Source: a virus
Lineage: Duplodnaviria > Heunggongvirae > Uroviricota > Caudoviricetes
Virus record (IMG/VR): IMGVR_UViG_2545824713_000012
Strand: one strand, 5' to 3'
Length of the DNA stretch: 15,129 bases
Shown here piece after piece: positions 8,301 through 15,031 of the stretch. The number at the start of each line of letters is the position of its first letter. Positions within the stretch are counted from its first letter, which is position 1. The notes beneath the pieces were generated by a model. The model searched no databases and had not been told where the DNA came from. It worked only from the letters and a program-made list of their open reading frames with translations. Both the position numbers and the translations under genes were made by a program.

Positions 8301-8312
8301 TAGTTTTAATCT
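8284..8312 (+). promoter_or_regulatory. PR-like early rightward promoter (-35 TTGACT, 17-nt spacer, -10 TAATCT)
   Basis: Consensus-like sigma70 elements about 28 nt upstream of the cro-like ATG, which has SD GGAGG at 8330-8334. Confidence 0.6.
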
Positions 8313-8339
8313 TGATTCAAATTAACCACGGAGGTTGTT

Positions 8340-8570
8340 ATGAACCCAGCTATCAAAACAGCGATCAATATCGTTGGTTCACAAAAGAAACTGGGCGCTG
8401 CTTGCGAAGTTTCACAGCAGGCCGTCTATAAGTGGCTTCACAACAAAGCAAAGGTATCCCCTGAACATGTCGGCAGCATTGTTACGGCTACTGGTGGAGT
8501 AGTGAAGGCATACCAGATTCGCCCGGATCTTCCGAAGTTGTTTCCACACACCGAAAAGAACGCAGCTTAA
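8340..8570 (+). CDS. Cro-like HTH regulator (YdaS family)
   Basis: 76-aa ORF MNPAIKTAINIVGSQKKLGAACEVSQQAVYKWLHNKAKVSPEHVGSIVTATGGVVKAYQIRPDLPKLF; HTH plus the C-terminal RPD motif I associate with Rac YdaS; divergent from the repressor across the PR/operator region. Confidence 0.8.
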   Translation: MNPAIKTAINIVGSQKKLGAACEVSQQAVYKWLHNKAKVSPEHVGSIVTATGGVVKAYQIRPDLPKLFPHTEKNAA

Positions 8571-8582
8571 ATTTCCATTTCA

Positions 8583-8595
8583 CGCTCTTTAACAA
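8583..8595 (+). promoter_or_regulatory. boxA-like element CGCTCTTTAACAA (rrn-consensus type) in the cro-ydaT intergenic region
   Basis: 12/13 match to rrn boxA TGCTCTTTAACAA as remembered; no convincing boxB hairpin seen after it. Confidence 0.35.
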
Positions 8596-8639
8596 TAAGC
8601 AATCAACTTAACAGTCAATTCAAACTAAAGGAGTCAATT

Positions 8640-9179
8640 ATGCAACCACTTACATACCAACAGACTAGCGGATTTAGCCCGACTGCGGTGATAAATCGTT
8701 CTCAAACAAAACAGGTGCCAGGCCACGAAAAAATCCGTGATGCCGTCCGCGCCTGGTCGGCTGTAGATAATCAGGATGTCGTTGCCACACTCATTGTGAA
8801 TGAGTATCGGGAGCAGGGCGGCGGCACCATCGATTTCCCTGATGATGTCAGCCGTGCACGCCAGAAGCTGTTCCGCTTCCTCGATAACAAATTCGATTCT
8901 GAAAAATACCGAAATAATGTGCGTGAACTGACCCCGGCAATTCTGGCGGTACTACCGCTGGAATATCGCGGTTACCTGGTTGAGCAGGATAGCTTCATGG
9001 CTAGGTTGGCTGAAATGGAAAAGGAACTCAGTGAGGCAAAACAGGCTGTCATTCTCAACGCACCACGCCACCAGAAACTGAAGGAAATTAGTGAAGGTAT
9101 TGTGTCGATGTTTCGTGTGGACCCAGATCTGGCTGGTCCATTGATGGCGATGGTTACTACCATGCTGGGGGCGATATGA
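8640..9179 (+). CDS. YdaT-family protein (Rac prophage YdaT-like, in the cII position)
   Basis: 179-aa ORF; segments LIVNEYREQGGGTIDFP and LTPAILAVLPLEYRGYL resemble Rac YdaT (EEYLRQGGGELPL, KLIPAILAILPRELRHR) from memory; strong SD AAGGAG upstream. Confidence 0.75.
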   Translation: MQPLTYQQTSGFSPTAVINRSQTKQVPGHEKIRDAVRAWSAVDNQDVVATLIVNEYREQGGGTIDFPDDVSRARQKLFRFLDNKFDSEKYRNNVRELTPAILAVLPLEYRGYLVEQDSFMARLAEMEKELSEAKQAVILNAPRHQKLKEISEGIVSMFRVDPDLAGPLMAMVTTMLGAI

Positions 9180-9265
9180 CAGGTTCAGAAATGGCGAAAG
9201 CCGGTCTGCTGGAACAGAACCGACTTTCAGGTGCAAATCGTAACACACTCATTGCGGGAGGAATT

Positions 9266-10195
9266 ATGGCAAACACTGCTGAGATATTCAATTTTCCAGT
9301 GCCGGATGCGGCACAAAAGGAGCCGCGCGTGGCAGATCTCGATGATGGTTATACGCGCATTGCAAATGAGTTGCTGGAAGCTGTGATGCTGGCCGGATTA
9401 ACACAGCACCAGCTTCTGGTCTTCCTGGCTGTCATGCGCAAAACATATGGCTTTAATAAAAAACTGGATTGGGTGAGCAACGAGCAACTTTCCGAGTTGA
9501 CCGGGATATTGCCGCACAAGTGTTCTGCTGCAAAAAGTGTTCTGGTAAAGCGTGGGATTTTTATTCAGAGTGGGCGGAATATCGGCATTAATAATGTGGT
9601 CAGTGAATGGTCAACATTACCCGAATCAGGTAAGAAAAATAAAGTTTACCTGAAAGAGGTAAATTTACCTGAATCAGGTAAGAAAAGTTTACCCAAATCA
9701 GGTAAAGGCGTTTACCCGAATCAGGTAAACACAAAAGACAAACTAACAAAAGACAATATAAAACCTTTTTCGTCCGAGAATTCTGGCGAATCCTCTGACC
9801 AGCCAGAAAACGACTTTCCTTTGGAGAAACTGGATGCTGCAATTCAGAGCGGCAGCAAGTGGGGGACAGCAGAAGACCTGACCGCCGCAGAGTGGATGTT
9901 TAACATGGTGAAGACCATCGCGCCCTCAGCCAGAAAACCGAATTTTGCAGGGTGGGCTAACGATATCCGCCTGATGCGTGAACGTGACGGACGTAACCAC
10001 CGCGACATGTGCGTGCTGTTCCGCTGGGCATGCCAGGACAACTTCTGGTCCGGTAACGTGCTGAGTCCGGCCAAACTCCGCGACAAGTGGACCCAACTCG
10101 AAATCAACCGTAACAAGCAACAGGCTGGCGTGACAACCGGAAAATCAAAACTCGACCTGACAAACACTGACTGGATTTACGGGGTGGATTTATGA
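9266..10195 (+). CDS. O: Lambda O-type replication initiator
   Basis: MANTAEIFNFPVPDAAQKEPRVADLDDGYTRIANELLEA... aligns with lambda O N-terminus (MTNTAKILNFGRG...VADLDDGYARLSNMLLEA); C-terminal third is nearly identical to lambda O; SD GGGAGG before the ATG at 9266; the ORF-track start at 9176 is an upstream in-frame extension. Confidence 0.93.
   Translation: MANTAEIFNFPVPDAAQKEPRVADLDDGYTRIANELLEAVMLAGLTQHQLLVFLAVMRKTYGFNKKLDWVSNEQLSELTGILPHKCSAAKSVLVKRGIFIQSGRNIGINNVVSEWSTLPESGKKNKVYLKEVNLPESGKKSLPKSGKGVYPNQVNTKDKLTKDNIKPFSSENSGESSDQPENDFPLEKLDAAIQSGSKWGTAEDLTAAEWMFNMVKTIAPSARKPNFAGWANDIRLMRERDGRNHRDMCVLFRWACQDNFWSGNVLSPAKLRDKWTQLEINRNKQQAGVTTGKSKLDLTNTDWIYGVDL
9617..9773. repeat. Replication origin inside O: five 17-19-bp palindromic iterons (TTTACC-N7-GGTAAA) followed by an A/T-rich tract
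   Basis: Iterons at 9617-9633, 9645-9663, 9664-9682, 9688-9706, 9711-9729 (e.g. TTTACCCGAATCAGGTAAA), then ACACAAAAGACAAACTAACAAAAGACAATATAAAACCTTTTT; same organisation as lambda ori but different iteron sequence. Confidence 0.75.
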
Positions 10196-10893
10196 AAAAC
10201 ATCGCCGCACAGATGGTTAACTTTGACCGTGAGCAGATGCGCCGGATCGCCAACAACATGCCGGAACAGTACGACGAAAAGCCGCAGGTACAGCAGGTAG
10301 CGCAGATCATCAACGGTGTGTTCAGCCAGTTACTGGCAACTTTCCCGGCGAGCCTGGCTAACCGTGACCAGAATGAACTGAACGAAATCCGCCGCCAGTG
10401 GGTTCTGGCTTTCTGGGAAAACGGGATCACCACAATGGAACAGGTTAACGCTGGAATGCGCGTAGCCCGTCGGCAGAATCGACCATTCCTGCCATCACCC
10501 GGGCAGTTTGTCGCCTGGTGCCGGGAAGAAGCATCCGTTACCGCCGGGCTGCCAAACGCCAGCGAGCTGGTTGATATGGTTTACGAGTATTGCCGGAAGC
10601 GCGGGCTGTATCCGGATGCAGAGTCTTATCCGTGGAAATCAAACGCGCACTACTGGCTGGTTACCAACCTGTATCAGAACATGCGGGCCAATGCGTTGAC
10701 TGACGCGGAATTACGGCGCAAGGCTGCCGATGAACTGTCCTGTATGACCGCACGAATTAACCGTGGTGAGGCTATACCTGAACCAGTAAAACAACTTCCT
10801 GTCATGGGCGGTAGACCTCTAAATCGTGCACAGGCTCTGGCGAAGATCGCAGAAATCAAAGCTAAGTTTGGGCTGAAAGGAGCAAGGGTATGA
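10192..10893 (+). CDS. P: Lambda P replication protein (DnaB helicase loader)
   Basis: 233-aa ORF MKNIAAQMVNFDREQMRRIANNMPEQYDEKPQVQQVAQIINGVFSQLLATFPASLANRDQNE... near-identical to lambda P; ATGA overlap with O. Confidence 0.95.
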   Translation: MKNIAAQMVNFDREQMRRIANNMPEQYDEKPQVQQVAQIINGVFSQLLATFPASLANRDQNELNEIRRQWVLAFWENGITTMEQVNAGMRVARRQNRPFLPSPGQFVAWCREEASVTAGLPNASELVDMVYEYCRKRGLYPDAESYPWKSNAHYWLVTNLYQNMRANALTDAELRRKAADELSCMTARINRGEAIPEPVKQLPVMGGRPLNRAQALAKIAEIKAKFGLKGARV

Positions 10894-11192
10894 CGGGCAA
10901 AGAGGCAATTATTCATTACCTGGGGACTCATAAGAAATTCTGTGCGCAGGACGTTGCCGCGGTAACAGGCGCAACGGTAACCAGCATAAATCAGGCTGCG
11001 GCTAAAATGGCGCGGGCAGGAATCCTGGTCGTTGATGGTAAGGTCTGGCGAACGGTGTATTATCGGTTCGCTACCAGAGAAGAATGGGAAGGAAAGGTGA
11101 GCACGAATTTGATTTTTAAGGAGTGTCGCCAGAGTGCCGCGATGAAACGGGTATTGAGGGTATATAAAAGAACATCAATGGGTACACAATGA
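10890..11192 (+). CDS. ren: Ren-like protein with divergent C-terminus
   Basis: MTGKEAIIHYLGTHKKFCAQDVAAVTGATVTSINQAAAKMARAGILVVDGKVWRTVYYRFATREEWEGK... matches lambda Ren up to ...AAMKRVL, then ends RVYKRTSMGTQ instead of the lambda tail. Confidence 0.85.
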   Translation: MTGKEAIIHYLGTHKKFCAQDVAAVTGATVTSINQAAAKMARAGILVVDGKVWRTVYYRFATREEWEGKVSTNLIFKECRQSAAMKRVLRVYKRTSMGTQ

Positions 11193-11259
11193 TGAAACAG
11201 GTGAGTTGAGTTCAAACTGTAGTACAATTCTCTCCAGTTTGAACAGGAAAGAATATGCT

Positions 11260-11592
11260 ATGAATCCTTATATTTATCTTGGTGGTGCAATACTTGCAGA
11301 GGTCATTGGTACAACCTTAATGAAGTTTTCAGAAGGTTTTACACGGTTATGGCCATCTGTTGGTACAATTATTTGTTATTGTGCATCATTCTGGTTATTA
11401 GCTCAGACGCTGGCTTATATTCCTACAGGGATTGCTTATGCTATCTGGTCAGGAGTCGGTATTGTCCTGATTAGCTTACTATCATGGGGATTTTTCGGCC
11501 AACGGTTGGACCTGCCAGCCATTATAGGCATGATGTTGATTTGTGCCGGTGTGTTGGTTATTAATTTATTGTCACGAAGCACACCACATTAA
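11260..11592 (+). CDS. emrE: EmrE small multidrug resistance (SMR) efflux transporter
   Basis: 110-aa product MNPYIYLGGAILAEVIGTTLMKFSEGFTRLWPSVGTIICYCASFWLLAQTLAYIPTGIAYAIWSGVGIVLISLLSWGFFGQRLDLPAIIGMMLICAGVL... matches E. coli EmrE; the ORF-track start at 11206 is an upstream extension; SD AGGA before 11260. Confidence 0.9.
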   Translation: MNPYIYLGGAILAEVIGTTLMKFSEGFTRLWPSVGTIICYCASFWLLAQTLAYIPTGIAYAIWSGVGIVLISLLSWGFFGQRLDLPAIIGMMLICAGVLVINLLSRSTPH

Positions 11593-11622
11593 AAATAATT
11601 TGTTTTTAAACGACTAAAATAT

Positions 11623-11660
11623 GGAGGCTCGTATATTTATATGGGCCTCGTTTTATGCTT
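11623..11660 (+). terminator. Possible imperfect terminator hairpin after emrE
   Basis: GAGGC...GCCTC stem with a long AT loop followed by GTTTTATGCTTTTTG; weak. Confidence 0.3.
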
Positions 11661-11847
11661 TTTGTTAATGTCTTTAGTTTTTATTCATTCTTTTGTGCTT
11701 TCAAGATTATGGTGTAAGAAAATTGCAATACGATTATTGTTGTATATTCAAGATAATGTGACCTTAATTGTCTTTTTAAATAAAAATTAAACAAAAATCA
11801 TATCTCACCACTAAGGTTTATAAAAGCATACTTTAGCAGGTGTCACC

Positions 11848-13374
11848 ATGAAAAAAGCCATAGCATATATGCGATTTTCATCACCAGGTCAGATGTCTGG
11901 TGATTCATTAAACCGCCAGAGAAGGCTTATTACTGAATGGCTAAAGGTAAATAGTGATTATTACCTTGATACCGTAACGTATGAAGATTTGGGGTTAAGC
12001 GCATTCAATGGAAAGCATGCACAATCAGGAGCTTTTTCGGAATTTTTAGATGCTATAGAACATGGTTATATATTGCCAGGGACTACATTGTTAGTTGAAA
12101 GTCTGGACAGACTTTCAAGAGAAAAAGTCGGTGAAGCGATTGAGCGTCTGAAATTGATTTTGAATCACGGTATTGATGTTATAACTCTTTGCGATAATAC
12201 AGTCTATAATATTGACTCATTGAATGAGCCATATTCATTAATAAAAGCCATACTTATAGCACAAAGGGCAAATGAAGAAAGCGAGATAAAGTCAAGTCGG
12301 GTTAAATTATCATGGAAGAAAAAACGGCAGGATGCACTGGAGTCAGGCACGATTATGACGGCGTCTTGTCCGAGATGGCTCTCATTGGATGACAAAAGAA
12401 CGGCTTTTGTTCCAGACCCCGACAGGGTGAAAACTATTGAGCTAATTTTTAAACTCAGGATGGAAAGGCGCTCATTGAATGCAATAGCCAAGTATTTAAA
12501 TGATCATGCTGTAAAGAATTTCTCAGGAAAAGAAAGTGCATGGGGACCTTCTGTAATTGAAAAATTATTAGCGAATAAAGCTCTGATAGGTATATGCGTA
12601 CCTTCATATCGTGCAAGAGGTAAAGGAATAAGTGAAATCGCTGGCTATTATCCCAGAGTCATATCAGATGATTTGTTTTACGCTGTGCAGGAAATTCGGT
12701 TGGCACCTTTTGGTATTAGCAATAGTAGCAAAAATCCTATGTTGATAAATCTACTTCGAACAGTTATGAAGTGCGAGGCTTGTGGTAATACCATGATTGT
12801 TCATGCGGTATCTGGAAGTTTGCATGGCTATTATGTTTGTCCGATGAGAAGACTGCATCGATGTGACAGGCCATCAATAAAGAGAGATTTGGTTGATTAT
12901 AATATCATTAATGAGTTGCTTTTTAATTGTAGTAAAATCCAACCAGTTGAAAACAAGAAAGATGCTAATGAAACTTTAGAGTTGAAAATTATTGAGCTCC
13001 AGATGAAAATTAATAATTTAATTGCTGCATTATCTGTTGCGCCTGAAGTTACCGCTATAGCAGAAAAAATCAGAGTATTAGATAAGGAATTACGAAGGGC
13101 TTCTGTATCATTAAAAACTTTGAAGAGTAAAGCGGTGAGTTCACTTGGTGATTTTCATGCTATTGACTTAACCAGTAAAAATGGGCGAGAGCTATGTCGT
13201 ACACTTGCCTATAAAACATTCGAAAAAATCATAATCAATACAGATAATAAAACCTGTGATATCTATTTTATGAATGGCATTGTTTTTAAACACTATCCTT
13301 TAATGAAAACAATATCTGCCCAGCAGGCGATAAGTACTCTCAAATATATGGTTGATGGTGAGGTTTATTTTTGA
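11848..13374 (+). CDS. ybcK: Large serine recombinase (YbcK family; N-terminal resolvase/invertase catalytic domain, recombinase and zinc-ribbon domains)
   Basis: 508-aa ORF MKKAIAYMRFSSPGQMSGDSLNRQRRLITEWLK... with catalytic Ser in the YMRFSS motif; matches DLP12 YbcK as remembered; SD AGGTG upstream; AT-rich. Confidence 0.85.
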   Translation: MKKAIAYMRFSSPGQMSGDSLNRQRRLITEWLKVNSDYYLDTVTYEDLGLSAFNGKHAQSGAFSEFLDAIEHGYILPGTTLLVESLDRLSREKVGEAIERLKLILNHGIDVITLCDNTVYNIDSLNEPYSLIKAILIAQRANEESEIKSSRVKLSWKKKRQDALESGTIMTASCPRWLSLDDKRTAFVPDPDRVKTIELIFKLRMERRSLNAIAKYLNDHAVKNFSGKESAWGPSVIEKLLANKALIGICVPSYRARGKGISEIAGYYPRVISDDLFYAVQEIRLAPFGISNSSKNPMLINLLRTVMKCEACGNTMIVHAVSGSLHGYYVCPMRRLHRCDRPSIKRDLVDYNIINELLFNCSKIQPVENKKDANETLELKIIELQMKINNLIAALSVAPEVTAIAEKIRVLDKELRRASVSLKTLKSKAVSSLGDFHAIDLTSKNGRELCRTLAYKTFEKIIINTDNKTCDIYFMNGIVFKHYPLMKTISAQQAISTLKYMVDGEVYF

Positions 13375-13398
13375 GTAATAATCACTTTTTCAACCGTG

Positions 13399-13476
13399 CT
13401 ATAGTAAGAAAGTTAGGTAAGTACAATAAAATTATCTATCCTGAACGAAGCGTCCTGAGCTATGGTTTTACTATAG
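13399..13476. repeat. Inverted repeat pair CTATAGTAA(G/A)AA ... TTTTACTATAG flanking about 60 bp, between ybcK and the next ORF
   Basis: 9-bp perfect (12-bp imperfect) inverted repeats at 13399-13407 and 13468-13476; the right copy lies just upstream of the SD (AGGGA) of the 107-aa ORF. Confidence 0.4.
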
Positions 13477-13485
13477 GGACTGCCA

Positions 13486-13809
13486 ATGGATGCTGGCGTT
13501 CTCGTTCTAGCAGTTCAACAATCCCCAATCACAAAACAATTCACTGATAACGAACTTTGCACACTCGCCTGGTTATGGCGAGCAGGGAATGTGATGTTAA
13601 TTACCTACCAGAACGTTACTCCTCTTCTTCAGGTTGCGGAGCATCGTGAAGCTGGTCGCTTCACTTCTATCGAGCAAGAATATCCCCAGATACTCAACAG
13701 AGCGCGAGCAATCCTCGTCCGAGAAACGGCACATGTAAAACTTCAGCCGTGGCAGGATGATAAGTGGAGTCGAGTATTGCCGCATTTACCTCAGAATCTG
13801 TTTCAATAA
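13486..13809 (+). CDS. Hypothetical 107-aa protein (no family recognised)
   Basis: ORF MDAGVLVLAVQQSPITKQFTDNELCTLAWLWRAGNVMLITYQNVTPLLQVAEHREAGRFTSIEQEYPQILNRARAILVRETAHVKLQPWQDDKWSRVLPHLPQNLFQ with SD AGGGA 6 nt upstream. Confidence 0.5.
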   Translation: MDAGVLVLAVQQSPITKQFTDNELCTLAWLWRAGNVMLITYQNVTPLLQVAEHREAGRFTSIEQEYPQILNRARAILVRETAHVKLQPWQDDKWSRVLPHLPQNLFQ

Positions 13810-13983
13810 AGGCGCTAGTTAGTAAGGCTTCCGTCATTCTGCGATGACGGAAGTGCGGGCTGCGTACGGGAGAGCAATTGCATGAATAATATAAATATTC
13901 CGCTCACTCCATATAGCGATTTCTGATACAAACTTATCTATTGTGGTAAAATTATAGAAACAAACTTATAGCGTACTAACCAT

Positions 13984-14679
13984 ATGGACAATATTAATAA
14001 ACACGGGCTCTCAAGAAGAATACCTGAGACAATAAAACGTCAGATAAGGCAAAGGTGCGGCTTTGGCTGTGTAATTTGTGGATTTGGATTTTATGATTAT
14101 GAGCATTTTAAACCTGACTTCGTTGATGCCAAAGTACATGATCCGAATGGAATGACACTTCTTTGCTCCCAATGCAATCAAAAAAGAGCTCGTGGTAGAC
14201 TTTCAGCACAGACAGTGGAAATAGCTGACAGAAATCCCAAGTGCTTACAGGCTGGTTTTGCAAATGAAATGTTTGATTTTCATAATGAGCCTATAACAGT
14301 AAAATTTGCAGGAGTGACGTTTCATAACTGTCAAAATTTGATTGTAGTCAACGAACAACCCATTCTTTCTGTGAAACCTTCACCCATACCACATGGACCG
14401 ATGCTTTTATCAGGAATTTTCTGTAATTCTATTGGTAAGGAGACTTTACTGATAGATGAAAATGAATGGAAAGCTAAATCAGACAATTGGGATGTGGAGT
14501 GTACCGGCCCGCGTATAACAATACGACGTGGGCCAGGAGAGTTTGCCCTCGTTCTAAAAATGGAACCTCCAACAGGATTGATTGTTGAGCGTCTTGATAT
14601 GTTGTATGAAGGGGTCAGGATGAAAGGAGATAAAGATCTGCTGGAAGTTTTGAACCGCCCCGGGAATCCTGGAGACTAA
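13984..14679 (+). CDS. HNH-motif nuclease-domain protein with uncharacterised C-terminal domain; 3' end disrupted by IS insertion (last 9 codons are IS-derived)
   Basis: N-terminal CGFGCVIC...YDYEHFKP...[15 protein letters not shown] fits the HNH (beta-beta-alpha-Me, two CxxC) pattern; ORF is in frame into the IS terminal repeat starting at 14651, so the native C-terminus is missing; no SD seen. Confidence 0.6.
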   Translation: MDNINKHGLSRRIPETIKRQIRQRCGFGCVICGFGFYDYEHFKPDFVDAKVHDPNGMTLLCSQCNQKRARGRLSAQTVEIADRNPKCLQAGFANEMFDFHNEPITVKFAGVTFHNCQNLIVVNEQPILSVKPSPIPHGPMLLSGIFCNSIGKETLLIDENEWKAKSDNWDVECTGPRITIRRGPGEFALVLKMEPPTGLIVERLDMLYEGVRMKGDKDLLEVLNRPGNPGD

Positions 14680-14704
14680 ACTTCCTGAGAAAGAGGTAAA
14701 CAGG

Positions 14705-15031
14705 ATGACTAAAAATACTCGTTTTTCCCCCGAAGTCCGTCAACGGGCAGTCCGTATGGTTCTGGAAAGTCAGAGCGAATATGACTCACAATGGGCGACA
14801 ATTTGTTCCATTGCTCCAAAGATTGGCTGTACGCCGGAGACTCTGCGTGTCTGGGTTCGCCAGCATGAGCGGGATACCGGGGGCGGTGATGGAGGGCTCA
14901 CCACCGCTGAACGTCAGCGTCTGAAAGAGCTGGAACGTGAAAATCGTGAACTGCGCCGCAGTAACGATATCCTTCGCCAGGCTTCCGCTTATTTTGCGAA
15001 GGCGGAGTTCGACCGCCTCTGGAAAAAATGA
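14705..15031 (+). CDS. IS3-family transposase OrfA (HTH DNA-binding subunit)
   Basis: 108-aa [111 protein letters not shown]. Confidence 0.9.
   Translation: MTKNTRFSPEVRQRAVRMVLESQSEYDSQWATICSIAPKIGCTPETLRVWVRQHERDTGGGDGGLTTAERQRLKELERENRELRRSNDILRQASAYFAKAEFDRLWKK

Noticed and set aside
7701-8301. ORFs 7701-7895, 7925-8107, 7953-8168 and the 22-codon N-terminal extension of the repressor ORF (8236-8301)
   Set aside because: Alternative frames or antisense within the repressor gene; the extension would overlap the PR -35/operator, so the start at 8235 is preferred
8952-9265. Minus-strand ORFs 8952-9248 and 8972-9163, and the O ORF extension starting at 9176
   Set aside because: Antisense to the YdaT-like gene; the O N-terminus aligns with lambda O from the ATG at 9266, which has a good SD
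9600-9842. Repeated 17-19-bp units at 9617-9729 and the minus-strand 80-aa ORF across them
   Set aside because: Not a CRISPR array: the repeats are palindromic iterons inside the O coding sequence with 5-9-bp gaps rather than spacers, matching replication-origin architecture; the antisense ORF is an artefact of the repeats
9844-10931. ORFs 9844-10167, 9926-10120, 10104-10433, 10674-10931 (minus) and 10508-10699 (plus)
   Set aside because: Antisense or alternative-frame within O and P, which are near-identical to lambda O C-terminus and P
11206-11259. 18-codon N-terminal extension of emrE in the ORF track
   Set aside because: EmrE homologs start at MNPYIYLGG; the extension has no SD and is not conserved as far as I recall
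11625-11676. 15-codon mini-ORF MEARIFIWASFYAFC between emrE and ybcK
   Set aside because: Very short, overlaps the putative emrE terminator; no evidence it is a gene
12204-12491. Minus-strand 95-aa ORF inside ybcK
   Set aside because: Antisense to the recombinase CDS in AT-rich DNA
13597-13785. Minus-strand 62-aa ORF inside the 107-aa ORF
   Set aside because: Antisense and shorter; no RBS
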